Shown here: positions 9,317 to 19,215 of the stretch, piece by piece | Layout of the letters: each line of letters begins with the position of its first letter | Position numbering within the stretch: the first letter of the stretch is position 1 | NCBI GenBank assembly: GCA_965204755.1 | Contig: OZ242011.1 | Location: 96,001-160,000, forward strand | Source of the DNA: Candidatus Marinacidobacterium sp. | GTDB lineage: Bacteria > Acidobacteriota > Vicinamibacteria > Marinacidobacterales > Marinacidobacteraceae | DNA length: 64,000 nt | Reading direction: 5' to 3' | Made by a program: the position numbers and the translations under genes | Notes under the pieces: generated by a model | The model's input: only the letters and a program-made list of their open reading frames with translations | Told to the model about the DNA's origin: nothing | Database searches by the model: none

Positions 9317-10870
9317 TCAGGTGGCGGCGACGGCGCCGGCCGGAGGCGGCTCCCGGCGGCCGGGCGTTCCCCGGAGGACGGAATGGAGCAGCAGCGCCGC
9401 GGCCAGGACCTCGAACGGCCACATCGCCGCGGCGTACCTCATGGTGGCGAAGTTGAAGACGGCCACGGTCAGGAAGTAGCCGTGGACGAAGAACCCCGCG
9501 GTAGCCGCCAGGACGAGGGCGGGGTCGGGAGGCTTCCCGGAGAGCCGCCGCCGGCCGGCGAGGCCGAGCGCGGCGAGCGAGGCGGCGAAGGAGAACGCGG
9601 CGGCGGCCCGGTTCGCCGCGATCACCCAGGGCGGGAACCGCCGGTTCTCCGAAATCGGCGCCCCGAGGCGGCTTCCCGGAGCGGGGGAGTCGGCGGCGAA
9701 CGCCCTCCCGCGGTCCTCCAGGGCCCGGGCGAACGAGGCGGTGTGGAGGGCGTGGCGGCTGAACAGCGCGGCGTAGTGCGTCGCGGCGTTCGCCGCCCAC
9801 TCGCCCGGCGCGGCGAAGAGCGCGCGGCGGCCGAGACCGCCGAGGAACTCCGCGGAGGTCGCGCCCCGCTCGGCGGCCAGGGCGGCGACCCGCTCCTCGA
9901 GTCCGAACGCCGGGTCGTGTTGGGCCGCGGTTTCCGCCCGCCGCAACAGGACGGAGCGCAGTTGCGGATCCCCGGCGCCGGCGACCAGCGCCCGCAGGGG
10001 GGCCGCCCGCCGCCGCGCTTCCGAGAACAGTTCGTCCACCGGCGGATCCCCGGAGGGAGGGGGTTCCGACGGGAGGACCAGGGCCTTGGCGAACAGGTGG
10101 GCGCCCGCGCTCCGGGGCCGGTGGTCGAGGCCCGGGTGCGCCCGGCGCCAAGCCTCCCCCTCCAGGACGAAGACCGCGACGATCGGCAGCGTTGCGGCGG
10201 CGGCGAGTCGCAGGCGTCCGCCGGCCGGCGGACGGCCCCCGCCGGGCCCCCGGAGGCCCCCGGCGGCCTTCCGCCCGGAAACGAGCCAGAGGAGCGCCGG
10301 CCATACGAGCAGGAGCGCGGCGCCCGCCGGCCGGACCGAGACGGCCAGCGCGGTGCAGGCGGCGCCGGCGGCGAATCGGGCGGCGGTCGGACGCGCCGCG
10401 GCGAGGGCGGCGCAACCCAGCGCGACGACCAGCAGCGGGACGAAGAGCGCCTCCGACAGGAGGTAGGCGTCGAACCGCGACGCCGCGCTCGGGGCCAGCA
10501 CCGCGATCGCTGCCACCGGCGCGAGGAGGGGAGCGCCCGAAGCCCGGGCGGCGGCCCCGGCGAGGAACAGCGCCGACGCCGCCGTGATCGCCGCCTGGAT
10601 CGGGGGAACGGCTTCCGGAGTCCCGAAGAGCCCGACGACCAGGGCGAGGAAGGCCGGGTATCCGGCCCAGGTGCGCGGATCGGCATCCAAGCGGAGATAG
10701 GAGGCGCTGTCAGGCGTCGCCATACTCGGCCCGAACGGGGCCCAGGCCCCGGCGCCGACCGGGTTCCACCAGGAAAGGGCGGCGTAGCCGAGGGCGAGGA
10801 CGGCGGCGCCGGCGATCCAGGGAAACGCGCGCCGGCGCGCCCCGGCGGCCGGCGGCGGCGGGCGGGACAT
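9317..10870 (-). CDS. Multi-pass membrane protein, GT-C-like
   Basis: TPDSASYL..AGYPAFL, LLSEALF, AVSVRP and many TM segments. Paralog of 20607-22127. Confidence 0.7.
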   Translation of the reverse strand: MSRPPPPAAGARRRAFPWIAGAAVLALGYAALSWWNPVGAGAWAPFGPSMATPDSASYLRLDADPRTWAGYPAFLALVVGLFGTPEAVPPIQAAITAASALFLAGAAARASGAPLLAPVAAIAVLAPSAASRFDAYLLSEALFVPLLVVALGCAALAAARPTAARFAAGAACTALAVSVRPAGAALLLVWPALLWLVSGRKAAGGLRGPGGGRPPAGGRLRLAAAATLPIVAVFVLEGEAWRRAHPGLDHRPRSAGAHLFAKALVLPSEPPPSGDPPVDELFSEARRRAAPLRALVAGAGDPQLRSVLLRRAETAAQHDPAFGLEERVAALAAERGATSAEFLGGLGRRALFAAPGEWAANAATHYAALFSRHALHTASFARALEDRGRAFAADSPAPGSRLGAPISENRRFPPWVIAANRAAAAFSFAASLAALGLAGRRRLSGKPPDPALVLAATAGFFVHGYFLTVAVFNFATMRYAAAMWPFEVLAAALLLHSVLRGTPGRREPPPAGAVAAT

Positions 10871-11160
10871 GACGGCGCGCGAGGTCGGATCCGGATCGGG
10901 TCGGGCGGTCGTCGGGGAAAGGCCGGCCGGAGGTCGGTTCGAGGCGGCCCCCGGCGCCCGCCGCCGTCCGCCCCGGGGGGCGAACCGGCCGGGCGCCGCC
11001 CGGTCCGGTGGGAGTCGGGGATTCGAACCCGCCGGCCGCGGGAAATGGTAGGGCGTGAGACGCCGCCGACAGCCGTCCGTACCGGCGCCCGGACCGCCGC
11101 CCTGGGCGCTCCGCCGGCTCGCCGCCCTCGGCGATACTTCCCCGCCGAGCCTGTCAGCCC

Positions 11161-12183
11161 GTGGAGAAAGCGCCGCCGCGGATCGCCGTGGTGGTTCCCG
11201 CCTACCGGTGCAGCCGGCAGATCGAATCGGTGATCCGGCGGATCGGCCCGGAGGTCGCCGACATCGTGGTGGTGGACGACGCCTGCCCGGACGGGACCGG
11301 GAGTCGAGTCGAGGCCCTGGTCGGCGCCGACCCGGCGTTCGCGCGCGTGGTCGTCCTCCGGCAGGAGGAGAACACCGGGGTCGGCGGCGCCGCGCTCCGG
11401 GGGATGACCCACGCCCGGAGGAACGGGGCCGACATCCTGGTCAAGATCGACGGCGACGGCCAGATGGCCCCGGAACTGGTCCCGCGGTTCGTGGGCCCGA
11501 TCGCCGCCGGCGCGGCGGACTACGCCAAGGGGAACCGCTTCTACGCCTACCGCCTGCTCAAGGGGATGCCGCTGCCCCGGCTCCTCGGGAACGGCGTCCT
11601 CTCCTTCATCACCAAGGCGTCGAGCGGTTACTGGAATGTGTTCGACCCCACGAACGGCTATGTGGCCATCGCCGGCGAGGTCTTCGACGAGTTGCCCGCC
11701 GCCCGGCTGGAGCGCCGCTACTTCTTCGAGACCGACCTCCTCTGCGAGTTGGGCCTCCTGCGCGCCGCGGTGACCGACATCCCCATGCGCGCCTCGTACG
11801 GCGACGAACGGAGCGGGCTCTCGCCGATCCGCCAACTCTTCCCCTTCCTCCGCCGCCACCTGTCGCGTTTCGTCCGCCGGGTGTTCTACGGCTACTTCCT
11901 GCGCGACTTCTCGATCGGCTCGCTCTACCTGCTGACCGGGCTCCCCCTGCTGGGGTTCGGCGTGGTCTTCGGGACCCGGCGCTGGATCGAAGTCCGCGCC
12001 GCGGACCTCACCGCCACCGCCGGCACCGTGATGTTGGCCGCCCTTCCGGTGATCCTCGGCGTCGTCCTCCTCCTGAACTTCCTCTCGGTGGATGTGCTGA
12101 TGACGCCCCGCGAGCCGATCCACCCGAAACTCGGGAGGGCGGGCCCCCGCGAACCCCCGGCGCCGCCCGGTTCCCGCGGTTGA
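11161..12183 (+). CDS. Glycosyltransferase family 2 (polyprenol-P sugar synthase-like) with C-terminal TM helices
   Basis: IAVVVPAY, VVDDACPDGT, NTGVGGA, KIDGDGQM, DYAKGNRF, DPTNGY. Confidence 0.9.
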   Translation: MEKAPPRIAVVVPAYRCSRQIESVIRRIGPEVADIVVVDDACPDGTGSRVEALVGADPAFARVVVLRQEENTGVGGAALRGMTHARRNGADILVKIDGDGQMAPELVPRFVGPIAAGAADYAKGNRFYAYRLLKGMPLPRLLGNGVLSFITKASSGYWNVFDPTNGYVAIAGEVFDELPAARLERRYFFETDLLCELGLLRAAVTDIPMRASYGDERSGLSPIRQLFPFLRRHLSRFVRRVFYGYFLRDFSIGSLYLLTGLPLLGFGVVFGTRRWIEVRAADLTATAGTVMLAALPVILGVVLLLNFLSVDVLMTPREPIHPKLGRAGPREPPAPPGSRG

Positions 12184-14402
12184 AGACGGCGCGGGCCGTC
12201 GGCCCGGCCCGGAACGCCGCCGGGCCTTCGGTCGGCTTCCTCGTCTTCCTCGGGGGCTGTTCCGCGTGGGCGGCGGCGGCCGCGCTCCTCCCCCCGACCC
12301 CCTGGGGCGCCGCGCTCGACCCGACTTCGATCCAGTTCATCGCCGTCGCCCGGAGCCTGTTGGCGGGCGAGGGCTTCACCTCGTTCGACGGGAGTCCTTA
12401 CACCCTGCGGCCGCCGCTCTTCCCGCTGGTCCTCGCCGCCGCGGGACTGCTCGGCGGGGACCCGCTCCACCTCGCCGGCCCCCTGAACGCGGCCTTCTTC
12501 GCGCTCTCCGTCTTCCTCGTCGGCCGTTTCCTCGCCGACCGGCTCGAGTCGCGTTTCCTCCGGCTCTGCTCACCGGCGGCGGCCGCGCTCTCGCTGCCCC
12601 TCGCCCACTACTCCTCGTTCGCCGGGGCCGAAGCGCTCTTCGTTCTCCTCACGATCCTCGCGCTCCTGCTGACCGGGGACTACCTCGCCCGAGGCGGGGG
12701 GCGCCGGCTCGCCGCCGCCGCCGTATTCGGCTCGCTCGCGTGGCTGACTCGATCCATCGGCGCCGCCGTCCCGGCGACCGTCGTCCTCGCGCTCCTCTTC
12801 CTCCCCGGCGCCGCCGGCCCGACCCGGCCGAGGATCCGGGCCGCCGCGTTCGCCGCCTCGGCGGCCGCGGCGCCGATGGGCCTGTGGGTCTGGCGCAACT
12901 TCCTCGTCGCGGGCGTTCCGACCGGCCAGACCCCGTCGTCCGGAGTGCAGTTCCCGCTCGGGCAAGTCCTCCGGGAAATCGCCGCCGGCCTGGCCGGGTG
13001 GACCTGGATCGAGGCCGGAATCCTCCCGGGGTTGGCGCTCGCTTCCTGCGCCCTGGCGGTCCCGGTCTCGGCCTTCCTCCTCCGGGCGGCCCTGCCGATG
13101 ATCCGTCCGGATTCCGGCGCCCGCCGCCGCCTCCCGGAGGAGTCGCCGGATGGCGGGGCGGCCCGCTCCTCCGGCGCCGGGGAGGGAACGGACGCGGCGC
13201 GTACGGTCGCGTTGTTCGGCGGCTTCACCGCCGTGTACCTGACCCTGCTCCCGGCCGCCCTGGCCGCCGGATTCAACCGGACCGGACTCGAGCCCCGGTA
13301 CCTCGTTCCGGCGTACCTCCCGCTGCTGGTCTCGGGCGCGGTGCTGCTGGATCGCCTGTACCGGCGGGAGCGGTGGCGCCGGGGCCGCCGGCGGCGGCTC
13401 CCCCGCCTTCCCTTCCTCCGACGCTTCGCCGGGAGAACCGTCCCGACCGGGCCCGCGCTCGTCTCGATGGCGGCGCTCGGGCTCTGGACCCTCGCGCAAG
13501 TCCCGCCGGGCGCCCGGGCGGTCGCGGGACGGGAGAGCCCCCGCCCGCCGTACAACTGGCCCGACGCCGGTGACTACGCCTCCGAGCGGTGGACGAACTC
13601 CCCGACCGTCCGCCTTCTTCGCGCCGATCCGCTCGGCCCGGCGGCCGGCCCGATCTGGTCGAACCTGCCCGAACTCGTCTATCTGCACGAAACCCGCGGC
13701 CGCGGCCCGATCCTGCGCCTGCCGCCCCATCGGCCCGGCGTGCACGGGTTCGGGCCGCGCGCCGGCCGCGGCGGCCGCCGGCCGCTCCCCCGCGACGCGG
13801 CGCGCCGGTGGCTCCGGAGCGCGCCCGAGGGCGCCGCCGTCGTCTGGTTCCGGGCGCCGCTCCCGAGCCGGAACCTGGATTTCGGCCCCCCGGCCCTGCG
13901 GAGGACTCCCGGAGTCGAGCCGGTGGCCGAACTCGAAGACGGCGCCATCTTCGTCGTGAACCCCGGCTATTCGCCCGCCGCGAACCGCTACGACGCCGCG
14001 CTCGACCGGATCCGCTCCGGCGCGGCCGGCCCGCCGGCGGCGCGCTCCGCCTTCGACCTCTACCTCGAAGAGCGGGCGATCCTCTACCTGCGGGAGCCCT
14101 GTTCCCCGGAAGACGAAGCCGTCCGGGGACTCTTCTTCGTGGAAACCGCGCCGCCGGACGCTTCGACCGGCGGAGGCGGATTCGTGTTCCCGTTCGTGGA
14201 ACATGGCGCGTACCTCCCCCGGGGGGCGGCCTCCGCCACCGGGGGGGGCGAAGGACGGGAAGCCGGTCGCGGCGAGACCTGCGTCCTGGTCGTCCCGCTC
14301 GAAGCCGGAGCGGGGCGCCCGACGCGCGCCGGCGCGCTCGCGCGCGACCACCGCGAAGTCTGGGCGGCGGACCTCCCGCCGCCGGAGACCGGCGCCCGGT
14401 GA
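12180..14402 (+). CDS. GT-C-like membrane protein with one C-terminal two-Cys repeat domain
   Basis: TTG 12180 overlaps the GT2 stop. SIQFIAVARSLLAGEGF..PPLFPLVL, EALF, PRYLVP, VVWFR, SAFDLYL..LYLREPC..ETCVLV. Confidence 0.78.
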   Translation: MKTARAVGPARNAAGPSVGFLVFLGGCSAWAAAAALLPPTPWGAALDPTSIQFIAVARSLLAGEGFTSFDGSPYTLRPPLFPLVLAAAGLLGGDPLHLAGPLNAAFFALSVFLVGRFLADRLESRFLRLCSPAAAALSLPLAHYSSFAGAEALFVLLTILALLLTGDYLARGGGRRLAAAAVFGSLAWLTRSIGAAVPATVVLALLFLPGAAGPTRPRIRAAAFAASAAAAPMGLWVWRNFLVAGVPTGQTPSSGVQFPLGQVLREIAAGLAGWTWIEAGILPGLALASCALAVPVSAFLLRAALPMIRPDSGARRRLPEESPDGGAARSSGAGEGTDAARTVALFGGFTAVYLTLLPAALAAGFNRTGLEPRYLVPAYLPLLVSGAVLLDRLYRRERWRRGRRRRLPRLPFLRRFAGRTVPTGPALVSMAALGLWTLAQVPPGARAVAGRESPRPPYNWPDAGDYASERWTNSPTVRLLRADPLGPAAGPIWSNLPELVYLHETRGRGPILRLPPHRPGVHGFGPRAGRGGRRPLPRDAARRWLRSAPEGAAVVWFRAPLPSRNLDFGPPALRRTPGVEPVAELEDGAIFVVNPGYSPAANRYDAALDRIRSGAAGPPAARSAFDLYLEERAILYLREPCSPEDEAVRGLFFVETAPPDASTGGGGFVFPFVEHGAYLPRGAASATGGGEGREAGRGETCVLVVPLEAGAGRPTRAGALARDHREVWAADLPPPETGAR

Positions 14403-15835
14403 CGGCGTCCCGACCCGGCGGGCGGGTGGCGCGGTTCCTGTTCCCGGTCGGGCTCGCCCTCGCCGCCTTCGCGGCGGGAGGCGTCGTCGGCCGGTACCGG
14501 GTCTTTCCCTACCGCCTGATCGCGGACGGCGTGACGACCTTGCGGAACCTGGGCGAGGGGGCCGCGCGTCCGCCCGTGGGCCGGTTCCGCCGGTTCGTCG
14601 AGGTTCCGCCGGGCGAAGCCCCCGCCCGCCGTTTCGCCTTCCCCGGCGCCGGCCCCCTCGCCGGGCCGGTCCTCTGGACCGGGGGGCTCGACAAGTTCCT
14701 CGACCTCTGCCCGGAGTTCGGCTGCGCGGCGGTCGAGTTCACCGCCGACGGCGAAGTCGCGCGCGCCTACCCCTACCGCGCCGCCGAACTCGAGACCGCG
14801 CTCTTCGACGCCGCCTCCGACGAGTTCCCCTTCGAAGTCCCGCCCAACTTCTCGTTCCTCCGGGATGTCTATGTCCAGAGCGTCCGGCGCTACCCGGACG
14901 GCGACCTGCTGGTCGTCTTCCAGCAGCGCCGCGCCTTCCCCTACGCCGCCGGCGCCGCCCGCCTCGACCGCCGGGGCGTTCCCCGCTGGGTTCGCCGCGA
15001 CTACAGCCACCACTGGCCGGGGATGGAACCGGACGGCGGCGCGCTCGTCCCGGCGTTCACCGTCGGCGACCGGTCGATTTCCATCCCGATCGGCGACCGG
15101 GAGGCGGAGATCCCCTGCCCGACCGGTCGGCCGTACCGCTCGGCGATCCACTTCCTCGACGCGCGCGGGCGCCTCGCAAGACGCCTCTCGGTCCTCCGGG
15201 CCCTCCTCGACTCCCCGTTCGCCCCGGTCCTGGCGCAGACCCTGGAGCCGCGCTCCGGCTTCACCCGCGACGGTTGCGACCCGCTCCACCTCAACTTCGT
15301 CTCGCGCCTGGGGGAGAGCGCGGGAGGCGCCCCCGGGATCGCTCCGGGCGACCTCGTGGTCTCCCTGCGCAACCTGAGCGCCTTCGCCATCCTCGACGGC
15401 GCTTCCGGGCGCCTGCGGCGCCTCGTTCGGGGAACCTTCTCCTGGCAGCACTCGGTGCAGCACCTCGAAGGGTCGCGGTTCCTCCTGTTCGACAACTTCG
15501 GGGGGCGCTCGTCCCCGCCTTCGAGCCGGATCCTGGAAGTGGACCTCGCGGACGGGGAGGAGCGCGTCGTCTTTCCGAACGAGCGGACGCCCGCCCGCCT
15601 GCGCTCGCTGTTCACCGACATCGTCGGCCACCTCTCGCTTTCCCCGGACCGCTCCCGGGTCCTCGCTTCGTTCTTCGAGGACGGGGTCGCCGTGGAGATC
15701 CGCCTCGCTGACGGCGAAGCGTCAGCCGTCCTCCGCTCGCTCCACGATGTCTCCGGACGGGACGCCTACCCGGAGGCCCGCGCCTCCCGGTCGGCGGCGT
15801 TCGCGCTCAACGGAGTGGACTACCTCCACCCGTAG
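14399..15835 (+). CDS. Arylsulfotransferase (ASST)-family protein
   Basis: GTG 14399 overlaps the upstream TGA. N-terminal TM, YSHHW, DPLHLN, LVVSLRNLSAFAILD, WQHSVQ, LLFDNFGG. Confidence 0.75.
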   Translation: MTASRPGGRVARFLFPVGLALAAFAAGGVVGRYRVFPYRLIADGVTTLRNLGEGAARPPVGRFRRFVEVPPGEAPARRFAFPGAGPLAGPVLWTGGLDKFLDLCPEFGCAAVEFTADGEVARAYPYRAAELETALFDAASDEFPFEVPPNFSFLRDVYVQSVRRYPDGDLLVVFQQRRAFPYAAGAARLDRRGVPRWVRRDYSHHWPGMEPDGGALVPAFTVGDRSISIPIGDREAEIPCPTGRPYRSAIHFLDARGRLARRLSVLRALLDSPFAPVLAQTLEPRSGFTRDGCDPLHLNFVSRLGESAGGAPGIAPGDLVVSLRNLSAFAILDGASGRLRRLVRGTFSWQHSVQHLEGSRFLLFDNFGGRSSPPSSRILEVDLADGEERVVFPNERTPARLRSLFTDIVGHLSLSPDRSRVLASFFEDGVAVEIRLADGEASAVLRSLHDVSGRDAYPEARASRSAAFALNGVDYLHP

Positions 15836-15865
15836 CGGCGGCGCGCCGCCGGCCCGGACCGCCGG

Positions 15866-16762
15866 TCAGTCCGCCGCCTCGTCGAAGTAGCGGCCGAGCA
15901 GGAGTTCGCCCGACGGCGAATAGAAGGTGGTCAGGCCGCGGGTCGGACAGGGGGTCAACTCCCCGACCCGCACTTCGGAGTCGGTCGCGTAGAGGTCCAC
16001 CCGTATGAAATCGAACGGTGCGGCCAGCCGTTCGGCGAGGGCGAGCATCAGCGGGAGTCGGCGCGGGCGCTCCGCCGGGAAGGTCCCGGGAGACGGCCTC
16101 GTTACCGGCAGCGGATTCCACTCGGGGTCGTGGACCGACTTCCGGTAGGCGTCGGTGAATCGCCCGAGAGCGGCCACCACGAACCGGACCCTCCCGCCGA
16201 AGCAGAAGAACTTGTACTCCGGCGCCGTCGTCCGCCCGTCCTCGGTGAAGAACTCCTCCACGATGATCTGCCGGCGAACGCCCAGGTAGTTCTGTTCCCG
16301 CCCGGAGCGGTAGAAGTCCCGGCGGAGCCAGCCGAGCAGGGTTTCGGGGGAGGGCGCCTCCGCCGGTTCGCGGCAGTACGCGACCTCGTGGGTCCCGTGG
16401 GTCGGCTTGATGATGCAGGGAAACCGCTCCGGGCGGAACGAAGCCGCTTCTTCCGGCGTCCGCAGGATGCGGTAGGTGGCGAGGTTGTACCGCTCGCCCA
16501 CCGTGGCCGCGATGTAGGTCTTCACCCGTTCCTTGCAGGTGACCGAGCGCCGCAGCGGGTCGAGGAGCCGACCGCTCACGCGGAGCGCGAAGACCCGGTC
16601 GTTGAACCGCCGCGGGCGATATTCCGGGAACCTGCCCCGCTTCGCCAGGAACTCCAGGACGGCGAACCAGCGGTCGCCCGCGGGGGTTCGGGGGAGGACC
16701 CGCTCGACCCGGCGCAGCGCGCACCTCAGGCCCCGCTCCCGAAAGGAAGGGCCGCCGCTCAC
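15866..16762 (-). CDS. TupA-like ATP-grasp amidoligase (intact copy)
   Basis: KERVKTYI, FPCIIKPTHG, QIIVEEFF, EYKFFCFGG, FDFIRVDLY, VGELTPCP. Confidence 0.85.
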   Translation of the reverse strand: MSGGPSFRERGLRCALRRVERVLPRTPAGDRWFAVLEFLAKRGRFPEYRPRRFNDRVFALRVSGRLLDPLRRSVTCKERVKTYIAATVGERYNLATYRILRTPEEAASFRPERFPCIIKPTHGTHEVAYCREPAEAPSPETLLGWLRRDFYRSGREQNYLGVRRQIIVEEFFTEDGRTTAPEYKFFCFGGRVRFVVAALGRFTDAYRKSVHDPEWNPLPVTRPSPGTFPAERPRRLPLMLALAERLAAPFDFIRVDLYATDSEVRVGELTPCPTRGLTTFYSPSGELLLGRYFDEAAD

Positions 16763-16769
16763 TTCCGCT

Positions 16770-17754
16770 TCACGCCCGGCCGAAAGGCGCCCGCCCCCTC
16801 CGCTCCGGCGCCGGGTGTTCGGACCGGTCCGCCGGCTCGTCGAAGTACCGGCCGAGGAGGAACTGGGCGGACGGCGGATGGACCGGCGAGCAGCCCCGGT
16901 TCGGACAGTTCGTCAACTCGCCGACCCGAACCTCGGTGTCCGTGGCGTAGAGGTCCACCCGCAGGAAGTCGAACGGGGCGGCCAGCCGCTCGGCGAGTTC
17001 CAGCAGCAACCGGCGTTGCGCCGGGGGAGCGGGAGAGCGACCGCTGTCCGTCCGCGTCGGGGGGGGGGGGGGGGGGGGGGTAGCGAATGCCCGCCGGCAG
17101 CCGGTTCCAGGACGGGCAGTCGCGAAGCGTTCTGAGGTAGGCATCGGTCCCTCGTCCGGTCTCGACCTGGACGAAGCGGGCTCTCCCGCCGAAGCAATAG
17201 ACCTTGTATTCGGGCGCCGGGACCTTCCCGTCCGCGCTGAAGAACTCCTCGACGATGATCTGCCGGCGCAGGCCGCGGTAGTTCCCTTCCCGCCCGTTTC
17301 GGTAGAAGTCGTCGGCGAGCCAGCCGAGAAGCGTCTCCGGAGGCGGCGCGTCCGCCGGTTCGCGGCAGATGCGGAACCGGCCGGCGGCGTGGGTCGGCTT
17401 GACGACGCAGGGAAACCGCTCCGGGCGAAACGAAGAGGCTTCTTCCGGCGTCCGCAGGATCCGGTAGGTCGCGAGGTTGAATCGCTCGCCCACCGCGGCG
17501 GCGATGTAGGTCTTCACCGACTCCTTGCAGGTGACGAAGCGGCGGAGCGGGTCGTCGAGGCGCCCGCCGGCCCGGAGCGAGAACAGGTGGTCGCTGTACC
17601 GCTTCGGGCGGCGCTCCGGCAGGCGGCCGTGCGCGGCCAGGAACTCCAGGACGGCGAACCAGCGGTCGCCCGCGGGGGTTCGGGGGAGGACCTGCTCGAC
17701 CCGGCGCAGCGCGTACCTCCGGCCCCGCTCCCGAAGGGAGGGTTCGCGGCTCAC
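16770..17754 (-). pseudogene. Second TupA-like ATP-grasp amidoligase, frameshifted at a homopolymer tract (possibly phase-variable)
   Basis: The N-terminal part (GTG 17754; VVKPTHA, IIVEEFF, EYKVYCFGG) is in one frame and the C-terminal part (FDFLRVDLY, VGELTNCP; stop 16770) in another. The junction is the G22 run. Confidence 0.82.
17059..17080. repeat. G22 homopolymer (C22 on coding strand)
   Basis: 22 consecutive G counted directly. Confidence 0.95.
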
Positions 17755-19172
17755 TTCCGTTTCGCGCCGGTCGGGGGGGCCGGTTGGGGGCCGGTTGGGG
17801 GCCGGTTGGGGGGCCGGCCGCCTCCTCCGCCGAAGCCGCCGGCCCCCCCGCAGACCTCGGGCTCGGCCTCGAGTCGGGCGAGCACCGCCTCCGCCGCCCA
17901 CCGGTGCCCGGCCCGGCTCCAGTGGTGGTCGCGCGGCGAGAGGGACGCCTCCCGCGGGTCGCCCCCGGCGCGGACGATCGCTTGGTACTGGTCCAGGACC
18001 GGGATGCCCCGGGCCTCGGCCAGCGACCGGAGGGCCGCCACGGCTTCCCGGCCGGCGACTTCCGTCGTCCGGTGGGTGGCGAGCAGCCACAGCCGGGCGC
18101 CGTCCCGGTCGGCGCGGGAGCGGAACTCGTCGAGCGCGAAACCGGTCATCGCGACCGCCTCCCGATAGGCGGGAGGCAGGCGGGCCTCCCATCCCCCCTC
18201 GCCGCCGTCGGCGGCGAAGGCCCGCCCGATCTCCCGGGTCACGGAGTCGTACAGGGCCTCGCCGCGCCCCGGCCGCCAGTCCCCGAAGGGCGGAGGGCCG
18301 GCCGCCGCCCCGATCTCCTCCAACCGGTCGGAACGGTGGCGCCCGAGACGGGCGAGGTACAGCGTCCGCGCCCGGCCATACACCCAATCGGCGGCGTAGG
18401 AGACCTCGCGCAGGCGAAGGGCAAGGGCCCGGAGAAGCCTCGAAGCGGATTCCGGGACGCCGAGGCCGGCCGCCCACTGCCCCGCCGCCGCGTCGGGGTG
18501 CGGCGGACGCAGCCGGATCCTCCCGTCCCCGCCCCTCACTGCGGTCGCGAACGGCAGGCGCTCCGGGTCGAAGCCCTCGCGGAGGGCGTACAGCATCGCG
18601 TGGTTGTCCGGGAAGTCGTTCCGGTGGAAGACGAGGATCACGAGTTTCGGGGAGAGGCGGCGCGCGTAGCGGTCGTAGAAGGGCAGTTGGTGGACCTGCG
18701 CGGTGCCGCCCCGACCGAAGGCGGAGACCGTGAGGTCCAGGGCCGGAAAGGCGCGCGCACCGAGGCCCTCGAGGATCGCCGGGAACTTGTACTCCACGGC
18801 GACTTCCTTGGCCTCGACGAAGGAGTCCCCGATCACCGTCAGGTGGCAGCCGGCCGCCGCCCGCTCCGGCGAGGGAGGCTCGCGGTCCAGGAAGCCCCAG
18901 CGGTTCGTCCGGGACACCGTCCAGTAGTCCCGCCCGTTCGTCCATCGCACTTCGCGGTCGGGCGGCAGCAGGAGCCCCGCTTCCGGGACGAACCGGGCCG
19001 GATAGACGCTGTGCAGGAAGGGCCGGGTGGAGCGGAGCCGGATCTCGGCGATTCCTCCGACCAGGAGGAGCAGGCCGGCGAGGACGGCGGCGTTCACCCC
19101 GACCACCCGGCGCCATCCCCGCCCGGCGCCCGCCCGCGAACCCTCGACCGGGCCCGCCGTCGAACCCGTCAT
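17751..19172 (-). CDS. Membrane-anchored SGNH/GDSL hydrolase-fold protein (paralog 3)
   Basis: NRWGFLDRE, VIGDSFVEA, HRNDFPDN, DHHWSRAGH. Confidence 0.82.
   Translation of the reverse strand: MTGSTAGPVEGSRAGAGRGWRRVVGVNAAVLAGLLLLVGGIAEIRLRSTRPFLHSVYPARFVPEAGLLLPPDREVRWTNGRDYWTVSRTNRWGFLDREPPSPERAAAGCHLTVIGDSFVEAKEVAVEYKFPAILEGLGARAFPALDLTVSAFGRGGTAQVHQLPFYDRYARRLSPKLVILVFHRNDFPDNHAMLYALREGFDPERLPFATAVRGGDGRIRLRPPHPDAAAGQWAAGLGVPESASRLLRALALRLREVSYAADWVYGRARTLYLARLGRHRSDRLEEIGAAAGPPPFGDWRPGRGEALYDSVTREIGRAFAADGGEGGWEARLPPAYREAVAMTGFALDEFRSRADRDGARLWLLATHRTTEVAGREAVAALRSLAEARGIPVLDQYQAIVRAGGDPREASLSPRDHHWSRAGHRWAAEAVLARLEAEPEVCGGAGGFGGGGGRPPNRPPTGPQPAPPTGAKRK
17773..17813 (+). repeat. ~11-bp tandem repeat (G5-7 CCGGTT) with four G-runs
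   Basis: ggggggg ccggtt ggggg ccggtt ggggg ccggtt gggggg read directly. Confidence 0.85.
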
Positions 19173-19215
19173 CGCGCGGTCCGGAGCACTCGGGGGACGG
19201 CTCTCGAAGGTCGGC

